From Malacoraja senta (taxonomy: Eukaryota), in NCBI GenBank assembly GCA_038087875.1, contig CM075991.1:6510001-6572000 (forward strand): 62,000 nucleotides of DNA. The letters are read 5' to 3'. The position numbers were made by a program, and so were the translations under genes. The notes under the pieces are model-generated. The model was not told the DNA's origin. It searched no databases and saw nothing but the letters and a program-made list of their open reading frames with translations. Each line of letters begins with the position of its first letter. Positions within the stretch are counted from its first letter, which is position 1. This document shows positions 26,343 through 38,033 of the stretch, in pieces.

Positions 26343-26636
26343 TTAGTTTAGTTTAGAGATACAGTGCAGAAATAGGCCCTTCGGCCCACCGAGACCGTGC
26401 CGACCAGCAATCCCCGCACGCTAACGCTATCCTACACACATACACTAGGGACAATTTACATTTATACCAAGCCAATTAACCTACAAACCTGTACATCTTT
26501 GGAGTGTGGGACGAAACCGAAGATCTCGGAGAAAACCCAGGCGGTCACGGGGAGAACGTGCAAACTCCGCACAGACAGCACCCGTAGCCGGGATCAAACC
26601 TGTGTCTCTGGCACTGTAAGGCAGCAACTACACCAT
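26343..26636 (-). mobile_element. tRNA-derived SINE
   Basis: Consensus match. Confidence 0.82.
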
Positions 26637-27170
26637 TCCACACAGATATAAGAATATTCTTATTCTAAGTGGGAGATGTACATACGGTTTCCCAAACACA
26701 CTTGGAACGAACCTCCAGTTGTAAATACATACAAGTGAGAGACTGCGGGTGGGCTGCTGTGTGTAGGCTGATAAAGGACTGCATGTAAACAAAAGTTGCA
26801 TTGGAACCCAGGGTGCCGAATTCAAATGTAGGGTTTTGGAAAAAAAACATGAAATTGCAAAATATTTTTAGAATTGTTAGCTGGTTACGTAAGAATTATA
26901 GTTGCTTAAATAGCGGATGAATGAGAAATTATCCTCAAATCACCATCCATAATCACAAATTAACTGAGATTCTTGATTAGAATGGGTGTCAGGGGTTATG
27001 GGGAGAGTGCAGGCGAATGGGGTTCAGAGCGATAGATACAGTAGATCAGCTAAAATTGAATGGGGAAGTAGACTAGATAGGCCAATTCTGCTCCTAGAAC
27101 TTATGAACATGAATAATAATAATAACTTGACAGATACACCGAGATGTAGAAATGTCATTCCTGGTTCCTT

Positions 27171-27339
27171 GGTAGACACAAAAGCTGGAGAAACTCAGCG
27201 GGTGATGCAGCATCTATGGAGCGAAGGAATAGGCGACGTCACCTATTCCTTCGCTCCATAGATGCTGCCTCACCCGCTGAGTTTCTCCAGCTTTTTTGTC
27301 TACCTTCGATTTTTCCAGCATCTGCAGTTCTTTCTTAAA
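27171..27339. mobile_element. Short fold-back PLE-end element
   Basis: Inverted arms with the tail on the right. TSD cattcct(g/a)gttc(c/g)tt at 27156-27170 and 27340-27354. Confidence 0.82.
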
Positions 27340-27529
27340 CATTCCTAGTTCGTTGTTCTTCACACACAAGGAGAGGCCGTGCAATGACCTTCACTTCCAA
27401 AATCTTATTCCATTTAGATCATTGGGGAGGAATCACAGAAACAGACCATGACACGCAGTCACTGCCACATCGCACATGCAGCACGAGTGATAACAACCAA
27501 TTTCTGTACCAAAACATCAGTCCGATGGT

Positions 27530-28138
27530 CCAAATTAAAGGGGATTTAGATTCGAAGCTCTTAGCTTGCAAGAGTTCCACTGAGATTTTCAAAGGCAGAA
27601 GGTCCGGTGAGAGTGAATTCGTGTTTGAGCCCCACCACGGGAATGTGGACTTACCATTGGAGCCAATCCCTTGCCTGGGATCAACGCTCCAACCGCGGCC
27701 TGCGGATTTCACCATCGAGGAGTTTGCAGTCTCGGGTTCAGACCGTAGATGTCGGGAGCTCCAAAAGCCGCACGACGTTCGACTAGCCCCGACCCGGGGT
27801 AGATCGCCCGGCGCGAGGGAGCTGAGAATCCCCCCCGATGCAGGAGCTTGATCGCCCCGACGAAGAGGCCCGCTGCCAGCTACGGGAGTAAGATCGTCCC
27901 ATCAACGTAACGTTAGAGGTCCCCGACCGCTGGAGGATAAAGAAGGGAGAGATTGAACTTTCTTTTCGCCTTTGCATCACAGTGAGGAATGCGGAGGAGT
28001 CACTGTGGTGGATGTTTATGTTAAAATGTGTTATGTGTGTTCTGTTGTTTTTTATTGGGTTGCCTGTATGGCAAATGCAATTCCTCGTATGTTGCAAAAC
28101 ATACTTGGCTAATAAAATATGATTATGATTATGATTGT
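27530..28138 (+). mobile_element. Another GC-rich non-autonomous element with LINE-type tail
   Basis: CpG-rich body; cactgtggtggatgtttatgtt resembles the family 3' block; ends AATAAA plus (TATGAT)n. Confidence 0.55.
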
Positions 28139-28211
28139 AATCATATATAGTCTTTTTGCTGATTGGAGAGCACGCAACAAAAAAACTATAAACTAAACTA
28201 AACTAAACTGA

Positions 28212-28350
28212 AGGTAGAGAAAAATTCTGGAGAAACTTACCGGGTGAAGCAGCATCTATGTCCTTCGCTCCATAGATGCTGCCTCACCTGCTGAGTTTCT
28301 CCAGCATTTTTGTCTACCTTTGATTTTTCCAGCATCTGCAGTTCCTTCTT
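28212..28350. mobile_element. Short fold-back PLE-end element
   Basis: Inverted arms flanked by aaactaaactga on both sides; inserted into an (AAACT)n tail. Confidence 0.75.
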
Positions 28351-28405
28351 AAACTAAACTGAGCTGTCTTTCCTGGTTGAGACATTATCTTTCTCTTCAG
28401 GCTGG

Positions 28406-28605
28406 NNNNNNNNNNNNNNNNNNNNNNNNNNNNNNNNNNNNNNNNNNNNNNNNNNNNNNNNNNNNNNNNNNNNNNNNNNNNNNNNNNNNNNNNNNNNNNN
28501 NNNNNNNNNNNNNNNNNNNNNNNNNNNNNNNNNNNNNNNNNNNNNNNNNNNNNNNNNNNNNNNNNNNNNNNNNNNNNNNNNNNNNNNNNNNNNNNNNNNN
28601 NNNNN
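28406..28605. other. Assembly gap (200 N)
   Basis: Exactly 200 N; a round number suggests a placeholder of unknown true size. Confidence 0.99.
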
Positions 28606-29050
28606 CCTCATCTCCTTCCTAAAAGAACATCCTTTAATTTTGAGGCTATGACCTCTAGTCCTAGGCTCTCCCACTAATGGAAACATCCCCTCCACATCCA
28701 CTCTATCCAAGCTTATCACTATTCTGTATGTTTCAATGAGGTTCCCACCCCCCCACCCCCTCCTCCCCCCATCATTCTTCTAACCTCCAGCAAGTACAGG
28801 CCCAGTGCCATCAAACGCTCATCATAGGTTAACCTACTCATTCCTGGGATCATTCTTGTAAACCTCGTCTGGACCCTCTCCAGAGCCAGCACATCCTTCC
28901 TCAGAAATGGTGCCCAAGATTGCTCACAATTTTGTCACAAAAAGTCATAAGTGCAGAATTAGGCCATTTGGCCCATCAAGTCAACTCTGCCATTCAATCA
29001 TGGCTGATCTATCTCTCTACTCCTAACCCCATTCTCCGGCATTCTCCCCA
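28606..29050 (-). mobile_element. CR1 fragments abutting the gap
   Basis: LDRVDVEGMFPLVGEPRTRGHSLKIKG. Confidence 0.8.
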
Positions 29051-29399
29051 TTGTTATTCTGGAATGAAGGAACCCTTCGGAGAGCATGGCAGTCTGATTA
29101 CTGTAACATGTGTATATTTGTTGAAAGAACCATTTTCCTTTGGTTAGTCACTTCTATTTGGGATGAGTTCCTGATAAACTGCTGCCAGAGCAAATTCCCT
29201 TCATCAATCTTGACTGTGGAAAGCAAAGAAGCCTTCTCAATCTCTCTTCTTGTCCAATAAATCAAGAAAATAGGAGGCATTTTGACCAAAATTTGTGGAA
29301 AGTGAACAGAAAGCTTTGTCCCTGTAGACAAAGGTTATTATAAACGTACTGGCAGCTAAGATTCCCAGCAATCTTTGGAAATGATCTGGAATAGTTTAT

Positions 29400-29775
29400 T
29401 GTCATAGAGTCATACGGCGTGGAAACAGGCCCTTCGGCCCAACTTGCCCACACTGACCAACATGTAGTCACCTGCCTGCCTGTGTTTGGCCCATATCCCT
29501 CTAATCCATGTACCTGTCCAAATGTTTTTTTTTTAAATGTTGTAATAGTACCTGCCTCAACTACCTCTTTTGTCAGCTTGTTCCATACACCCACCACCCT
29601 TTGTGCAAAAAAGTTACCTCTCAGGTTCCTATTCTTCCCCCCCCCCCCCCCCCCCCACCTCCTTACCTTAAACCTATGTCCTCTAGTTCTCGATTCCCCT
29701 GCTCTGCCAAGAGACTTTGTGCATCCACCTGATATATTCCTCTCATGATTTTGTACACCTCTATGAGATCACTCC
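29400..29775 (-). mobile_element. CR1 (HER1-like) 3' fragment
   Basis: VGVWNKL..EVVEAGTI; 3' end gggccgaagggcctgtttcc shared with the SINEs. Confidence 0.75.
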
Positions 29776-31070
29776 TGCTGTGCTCAATTGTATGATCTCT
29801 CGCTTGATATCTTCAATTATACTGCGGAAATGAATGGGAAATAGCCACTGGGCTTTGCTTCCCTCCTCACACGTGTCCATTGTGGGGGCAGTGTTGGATG
29901 ATGAGGAATGGAAGTCAGGAACCATTTGGTAGAACTGAGGGGGTCTGGGAGCAGACAAACAAAGGACAATGTCAGCCCAGAACAGCAGAAACATCTCCTG
30001 GGCTGCCTTCCCCTGGAAGAGTAGAATGATCCCTGGAGATTCATATAGGGAGGGTTAGCAAATGTATTGGTGTGCCTGCGTCTATAAGCTCATGGGGGCT
30101 GAGCAGGAAATGGTTCTGGTTTGTCATCAACTGTTTGTTGATGTCTGGTGGGTTTGTGTGGTCAATGTCATCTGGTTGAAGATAATCATTTGCATTTCGA
30201 CGGCTTTCCGTGGAACAAAACACACAAATTACCAGGAAAGAAAGGGGAATAACAATAAAAAAGATTCGAGAAGATGTTGTAAACAGAGGGCAATTGCGAA
30301 AGTGCCGGAATGTTTAAAGTGATGCAGTCATGTGAGTTTAGTGCTGAGCCATGATGTAAGGGGAGGAAAAACACAGATGGTTTTCATAAGCTCAGCCAAG
30401 TGGAGCAGTGAGCGAGAACAGGTCCCAATGGTTATTTGTACAAAACAAAGCAATAATTGGCATGCATTGCTTGTAAGAGCCAGGAACTTATTTGCTAATC
30501 CATCAATAGTCCAACCGGCTAAAGGCTGGAATTGAAAAATATCAAATGAGTCAACGTTTGATAAGGCATTTTACCAAACAGTCCTATTGTCAAAATTACT
30601 GTTATTCAAAGCTTTTTTCCACAAATCAATGGAAAAATCATCAGGGACTTTGTTTTAAGATTTTTGGTTCTGTTTTTTTTACCCTTTCATCTCCCTCCAG
30701 ATGCCGAACAATTTTTAATTTTGATTAAGGGGTACATTATACATTCCGGATTCTTCTGTAGTGATTTCTCAAATTCAAGCTGAGAGCAGTTTTGAGTTAG
30801 TGGCTGACTTGAAACGGTTTTAATAAATGTGTGGAAAGTATCTGCCAATGCTGCTTTATACTGAAGATAGACACAAAGCGTATCTCTGGACAAAAAGGAT
30901 GGGCGACATTTTGGGTTGGGACCCTTCTTCAGATTCCTGTCTGTCAATGGTTTTAATAAAATTGAGTTGACCCTTGTTTCAGGCAGAGGAGCAAAATATA
31001 ATTTAAGGTACACAAAAATGCTGGGAAACTCAACGGGTGCAGCAGCATCCATGGAGCGAAGGAAATAGGC

Positions 31071-31098
31071 AACGTTTCGGGTCGAAACCCTTCTTCAG
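31071..31098 (-). ncRNA. Minimal hammerhead-like core (minus arm of the PLE)
   Basis: Reverse complement CUGAAGA-A-GGGU(UUCG)ACCC-GAAACGUU. Confidence 0.6.
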
Positions 31099-31246
31099 AC
31101 TGATAGGGGGTGGGGAGAAGAAAGGAAAAAAGGAAAAAAGGCAGAGGAGGAGCCCGAGGGCTGGGGGATGGGAGGATACAACCAGAGGGCTGATGAAGGG
31201 GGGGGGGGGGACAGCAAGGGCTAGCAGAATTGGGAGAATTCAATGT

Positions 31247-32446
31247 TCAAGCCCCAGGATGTACACTGCCAAAGCGGAATATGAGGTGCATTTCCTCCAA
31301 TTTCCGGTGTTGCTCGCTGTGGCCATGGAGGAGACCCAGGACAGAGAGGTCAGATACGGAATCGGAGGGGGAGTTGAAGTGCTGAGCCACCGGGAGGTCA
31401 GGATGGTTATTGCGGACCGACCGGAGGTGTTCGGCGAAACGATCGCCAAGCCTCCGCTTGGTTTCACCGATGTAGATCAGCTGACATCTAGAGCAGCGGA
31501 TGCAATAGATGAGGTTGGAGGAGATGCAAGTGAACCTCTGTCGCACCTGGAACGACTGCTTAGGTCCTTGAATGGAGTAGAGGGGGGAGGTGAAGGGACA
31601 AGTGTTGCATCTCTTGCAGTTGCAAGGGAAAGTACCCGGGGAGGGGGTGGTACGGGAGGGAAGGGAAGAATTGACAAGGGAGTTACGGAGGGAGCGGTCT
31701 TTGCGGAAGGCAGACATGGGGGGAGATGGGAAGATGTGGCGAGTTGTGGGGTCACGTTGGAGGTGGCGAAACTGACGGAGGATCACTTGTTGTATGTGAC
31801 GGCTGGTGGGGTGAAAGGTGAGGACTAGGGGGACTCTGCCCTTGTTGTGAGTGGGGGGATGGGGAGAGAGAGCAGTGTTGCGGGGTATGGCAGAGACCCT
31901 GGTGCGAGCCTCATCTATGGTGAAGGAGGGGAACCCCCGTTCCCTGAAGAATGAGGACATTTCGGATGCCCTGGTGTGGAACGCCTCATCCTGGGAGCAG
32001 TTGCGGCGTAGACTGAGGAATTGGGAGTGGCGGATGGAGTCCTTACAGGAAGCAGGGTGGGAAGAAGTGTAGTCCAGATAGCCATGGGAGTCGGTAGGTT
32101 TGTAGTGGATGTCGGTAAGAAGTCTATCACCTGCGATGGAGATAGTGAGGTCAAGGAATGATAGGGAAGTGTCAGAAATGGTCCAGGTGTATTTGAGTGC
32201 CGGATGGAAGTTGGTGGTGAAGCGGATGAAGTCAGTCAGTTGTGTGTGGGTGCAGGAGGTGGCACCAAAACAGTCATCGATGTAGCGGAGGTAGAGGTCG
32301 GGGATGGGGCCCTGGTGCGCATTGAACAAGGATTGCTCTACGTACCCGACAAAGAGGCAGTCGTAGCTGGGGCCCATGCGTGTGCCCATAGCTACGCCTT
32401 GTATTTGGAGGAAATGGGAGGAGTCAAATGAGAAGTTATTGAGGGT
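31247..32446 (-). pseudogene. Truncated PLE ORF: reverse transcriptase C-terminal half plus GIY-YIG endonuclease
   Basis: About 400 open codons with QGVAMGTRMGP, YLRYIDD, FLDLTI, DIHYKPT, a Cys linker (CNCKRCNTC) and NLIYCIRC..IYIGETKRRL..RF.EH. The ORF-track start codon (32458) comes from the inverted arm. Confidence 0.92.
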
Positions 32447-32910
32447 CCATTCAAGCACCCAAGCAGTCGTTCCTGGTGCGACAGAGGCTCACTTGCATCT
32501 CCTCCAACCTCATCTATTGCATCCGCTGCTCTAGATGCCAGCTGATCTACATCGGTGAGACCAAGCGGAGGCTTGGCGATCGTTTCGCCGAACACCTCCG
32601 GTCGGTCCGCAATAACCAACCTGACCTCCCGGTGGCTCAGCACTTCAACTCCCCCTCCCATTCCGTATGTGACCTCTCTGTCCTGGGTCTCCTCCATGGC
32701 CACAGCGAGCAACACTGGAAATTGGAGGAAATGCAGTCTTGGGCAGTCTACATCCTGGGGGCATGAACATTGAATTCTCCCAACTCTGCTAGCCCTTGCT
32801 GTCCCCTCCCCTTCATCAGCCCTCTGGTTGTCTCCTCCCCTCCCCCAGCCCTCGGGCTCCTCCTCCGCCTATTTTCCTTTTTTCCTTTCTTCTCCCCACC
32901 CCCTATCAGT

Positions 32911-32938
32911 CTGAAGAAGGGTTTCGGCCCGAAACGTT
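32911..32938 (+). ncRNA. Minimal type I hammerhead-ribozyme-like core in the PLE 3' region
   Basis: CUGAAGA-A-GGGU(UUCG)GCCC-GAAA-CGUU: conserved core boxes, stem II hairpin and palindromic ACGU in place of stem III. Local helix I is only ~2 bp. Confidence 0.6.
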
Positions 32939-33292
32939 GCCTATTTCCTTCGCTCCATAGATGCTGCTGCACCCGCTGAGTTTCTCCAGCATTTTTGTGT
33001 ACCTTCGATTTTGCAGCATCTGCAGTTCCTTCTTTAACAAAAATATAATTTAGATTAGTTTAGTTTTTTTTCTAGTATAATTTATTGTTAATGTCACGTA
33101 TACCAAGGTACAGTGAAGAGCTTTTTTGTTGTGTGCTGTGCAGTCAGTGAAAAGATTAAACCTGATTACAATCAAGCCATCCACAGTGTACAGATACAGG
33201 ATAAGGGGAATAATGTTTAGCGCATACAGATACAGGATAAGGGGAATAACGTAAAGTCCAATGTCTCCTAAATCAATTGGTTCTTTCGCTAG

Positions 33293-33990
33293 TTTGAATT
33301 GAATTAGACTTTATTAATCCCCTTATTCAGGGGAAATTCAGATGTCCTTGCAGCACACTAATAAAATACAACATAGTATTAAAAAGAAGTTCAACACCAA
33401 AACATCCCCCCACAGTGGTTCCCACTGTGGGGGAAGGCACAAAGTCCAGTCCCCATCCTCTTGTCCACCCAGAGTCGGGCCCACTGAGCCCTCCACAGTC
33501 GCCGCCACGGTGCCCGATGTTCTCGCCGGGTGATGGTGCTCCGGCGTCGGGAGAACCCCCAGCGGATTGGGGTACCAGGAACGGCCGCATTCCCACCGAA
33601 GACCGCGGCTTCCAAGCCAACAGACCGCGCCGGACGGAGCTCCACACACTGGCAATCTCAGCAAGAGATCCCAGGCTCCGGGATGTACCGTTCAGCGTCG
33701 CAGCTGGCCGCTCCACAGAACCGCTGCTCCACGATGTTCTCATCGGCGGTCCCAGCATACTGGAGTTCCAGCGCAGCGACCCAGGAAAGGCATCGCCCGC
33801 TCCACGACAGCGCTCCAGCGCTGCACCGCCGCCAAAGCCGATGTTCTGCACCGCCGCCAAAGCCGATGTTCTGGCCAGGTCCCCTCAGGGAAACGTCGCT
33901 CTAGGACCCGCTGATAGGCCGCAAGGACAGGTCGAAGGCGTTGCTCGGAGGAAGGCAACCCCTCCGACCAGGTAGGGACTCGAAAAGCAG
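33293..33990 (-). mobile_element. Second copy of the GC-rich non-autonomous element, with a different 3' tail
   Basis: Shared blocks such as ggaaggcacaaagtccagtcccca and aggcatcgcccgctcc; tail AATAAA plus (TTCAA)n. Confidence 0.65.
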
Positions 33991-36900
33991 TTTATACATC
34001 ATGATATATCATCTTTCCTAAATAGTAGGCCAAAGAACGATGACGATTTATGACTTGCCACATCAAACAACACATGCATAATTTCAATTGAGATCAACAG
34101 AACACACACTGGGGATGCCACATTGTCAGAGGTGCCATGGTTTACATAAGATGAACAATGGAATTTGTCCCAGTGTGCAGGGCCAAGTATATGTGTTATT
34201 CAGCCACAGCTTCAAATTAAGAAAATCACATTATCTGATCACATTTGCAGTACTATTTGTGGCATCTTAGAACATAGAACAGTACAGCACAAGAACAGGC
34301 CCTTTGGCCCACAATGTCTGCCTCAAATATGATGCCAATACCAACTGTTATCTGCAAGAGTTGATGTGATGTTCATAAATTAAATGTACCTCCATTTTTT
34401 TGAGTTCATTGGTTACAAGGTGATCTACTTCCCCTCTGGCTTTGTGGCTTCTGAAGTGAGTAATGAGGCCATTGTGGGAACTGCAACTTCACTTTAGATG
34501 GTGGTTGAGTGGGTGGTAAGGTGGGTAGCTTGAGAAGTGTGCTAATCTTTTTAATGCTTACATCAGGCATGTGCTTTCCTGAAGCTGGCTTTGACATTCT
34601 AAATATCATCCCAAATATTCCTTCCCAACTTTGAGGAGTTGTTGAGTTCAGTTTTGTTAAGTAGTCGAGTTGAGTTAGGTTAGTTGAGTTAGGTTAGTTG
34701 AGTTACTTTAGTGGTCTTGAGTCTGAGATTAGTGGACATATTACTGGAATGCACAATGAGGAAAATATCCCAAACAAATCTTGCCTATTGCTGAATTCTA
34801 TTATTGGTACAATATTTTTGAAATGTAACTATGCTGACTATTTCTAACAAAATTATAAAATGATTGCAAAACTAACAAGCTTTCAATTTCAAAAGGCAAT
34901 AAATACTGCAGATTCATAAATCTGATATGTAAAGAAAATATTCTGGAAATATTCAGTGGGACGGCAGCATCTTTTGAAGATCAAGATTGGGATCTTTGAG
35001 CCTTCATTGGAACTGGAAACTGTGTGTCAGTTGTCGCATCTGTTATCGAGAACAAGAAGGAAAAAGAAAAACAAAGTGGAAGTTCTATGATTTGAGCTAC
35101 CAACTTTGTTTGGAAACATATGGACAAGTATAGAAATATATAAAATTATGAGAGGCATAGATAGGGTAGACAGTTTGAACCTTTATCCCATGGTGGAAAT
35201 ATCCAACACTTGAGAGCATGACCATATGGTGAGTGGGAAACCGTTTAATGGAGATGTGCGTGGCATGAGATAAACCTGCCCACTTTCCTGCAGTTGTAGA
35301 TGAAGCCCTCATCTGTGTCTCCTCCATTGCCCACAGTTCTGCTCTCACCTCCCTAGGCACGCATGGAGCATGCATTGCAGGCAGAGTGTGAGAGGAAACC
35401 GGAGCACCCAGAGAAAACACACACAGGCAGGCCGCTGGGAGAGTGTACAAACTCCATACAGATAAACACCCATAGCCTGGGTCTAAGGCAGCAACTCTAC
35501 CACTGTGTCATAAAGTCATCCTCTTTATAAAATTGTAATCAAATCAAAACTGGAGAAACGTATGCTTTTAGGATCTAGGAACATTTGGTTAGAAGCCAAA
35601 ATTTCTCCCATTAGAGTTTTGCACTGGGTCTGACTGAATCCAAGAGTTTGTCAGCAACCGATCAGAAACACGGCACATGTGGATATCACCGTTTTTGCTG
35701 GATAAGTGGAAAAATGAAGAAAGATGTGGAATTAAATAGTTTGCTGCGTATTTATTGACGTGTTGGGAATTTTGGCGGGCTAGAGGTAGGGGTGGGGGGA
35801 AGATTTTGCTTCTGGCTAGTGGCGCCATAGCAACAGATTGCTGCTGATGTTGTCATAGCAAGGGAATGTTCCAAATTAATCCCGACTGAAACTGGATCCC
35901 GACGTATCATCATCAACAGGGAAAACATGGAGAGAAAGAAAAAATTCTGGACTGGATAGCAAGTTCGTGAAGGAATAACGATTGGTTTACAGACACATTA
36001 ATGATCCTCCTGCAATCAAAGTTGCTAAACTCTGCAGTGCAACATGGCGAGAGTGTTTTGTGAGGCCAGGCTTAAGCAATCGCGCCAAGCGCATTGGCAG
36101 GAACTGCACTTTTGGGTTAATACATAGGATATTTATCACTGATAGCCACCCTTGAGGTAGATTATTTTTTCTCCGGTCGGGAATTGCTTGACGTATCAAT
36201 TTAAAATTCCTCTGGGAGCAAATTTATTGCTGTTTTCTGATTTATTATGGCTCCTGAATTCTGCCACATAATTGGCCAACACCGCAGGGAACAGGTATCA
36301 GAGCTAGAAATCTTAGCTCGCCCACCAGTGCTGGCCTCCTTGCAAGCTCAAGCAAGGTGATGTTCAAGCTTTTCCTGAGGTTCCCCTGGTCTGCGAATAT
36401 TATTCCATGCATCCCGATCGCTGGGTGGCACAATGGCGCAGCTGATAGACCCGCTGCCTCGCAGCGCAAGAGACCCAGGTTCGATCCTGACCTCGGGAGC
36501 TGCTGTCCGTGCGGACGTTGCACGTTCTCCCTGTGACCGCGTGGGTTGTAGATTACCTTCTCCTTCTTTTCAAGTAGTGAGATCCATTTTTTCTCAGTGT
36601 CCTAGTTCAAGGAAAATAGATCCTTCCTGCTCACCTTATTTTGGCCTCTCATTTAAAGTGACTGAGCTCTTACTTAACAGGGAGGAGGGCCAATAAATTA
36701 AATTCTCATTTAAAATGCCGAATAGACTTCAAGAGAAGCAAATGCTATGGAAAATTAATCAAAGTTCATAAGATAATGAAATCATTACATTGTGTTTACG
36801 TCGAGAAAACTTGCATTTGTAAAGCAACCTTAAAAATGTTTCAAAGCACAACACAGTTAATCAGGTTATTTTTTGAGTGTAATCACTGTTGCAGTGAAGG

Positions 36901-37739
36901 AAACATAAGAGGCAATCAGCAGAGGACAAGGTAGACACAAAATGCTGGGGTAACTCAGCGGGTGAGGAATGGGCGACGTTTCGGGTCGAGACCCTTCTGC
37001 AGAGGACAAGGTTCCACAATGATAATGATGAGATAATTTCATTTAGCAATATTGGTCAAAGGATAGGTTATGGCAGGGATAATGTGAAGTAATTCTATCA
37101 TATATACATCGCACAGAAACAGGCCTCTCAACCCAACTCATCCACGTACAGTAGTTGCTGAAGTGAGCTGGTTAAATCAGTAAAATCCAGCAAAGCATAA
37201 TGCTACCATACTAGACAGACCTCTCCCCCTCACCATCACTCACCACCCTCAACCTTGTATGGTTGGTGAATCTGTGGGATTCATTGCTGCAGAGGGCTGT
37301 GGAGACCAAGTCAGTGGATATTTTTAAGGCAGAGATAGATTCTTGATTAGTATGGGTGTCAGTGGCTATGCGGAAAAGGCAGGAGAAAGGGGTTAGGAGG
37401 GAGAGATAGATCAGCCATGATTGAATGGCAGAGCAAACTTGATGGGCTGAATGGTCTAATTCTGCTCATATCACTTATGAACGTGTGAACTTATAGCACC
37501 AATTGCAACGTACCTCACACTGCAACACATTATCTGGCAGAATCTGCTTGCAAGACTTAGCAATGAGTCAGACTTGTTGTTACAGGGTGTAATGTCTGGG
37601 GAAGGGAACAAGGCTGGAGAAAACCTGATGATTAAGTAGCCAAGAGATGGGGAGAAAGGCAAGAAGAAGAGGTTGTGACATGACCTGGAAGATTAAAGCA
37701 ACCAGAGCAACTAAAGTGGACGGTGGAGGGGGGTGTAGT

Positions 37740-38033
37740 TGAGGAAGAGATACGGTGCGGAAACAGGCCCTTCGGCCCACTGAGTCTGCACTGACCAGTG
37801 ATCACACTACCATTATCCTACACACTTGGGACTATTTACAATTTTACCGAAGCCAATTAACACACAAACCTGTATGTCTTTGGAGTGTGGGAAGAAACCT
37901 GAGCTCCCAGAGGAAACCCACGCAGTCACAGGGAAAACGTACAAACTCCGTACAAACAGCACCCGTAGTCAGGATGGAACCCGGGTCTCTGGCGTTTTAA
38001 GGCAGCAATTCTTCCGCTGGGCCACTGTGCTGC
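37740..38033 (-). mobile_element. tRNA-derived SINE
   Basis: Consensus match. Confidence 0.8.

Larger units (their letters stand above)
31006..33039. mobile_element. Penelope-like element (PLE), 5'-truncated, with an inverted terminal arm
   Basis: Minus arm 31006-32446 carries the RT C-terminus and GIY-YIG. Plus arm 32446-33039 is an inverted copy of the 3' ~560 bp plus a 35-nt extension. 13-bp TSD AAAATATAATTTA at 30993-31005 and 33040-33052. Confidence 0.92.

Noticed and set aside
31037..31828. 263-aa plus-strand ORF
   Set aside because: It is the antisense shadow of the PLE RT/GIY-YIG frame.
37646..37684. AGATGGGGAGAAAGG (RWGER) resembling the ANTXR1 VRWGEKG exon
   Set aside because: No acceptor, the peptide diverges at once (RWGERQEEEVVT) and hits a stop.
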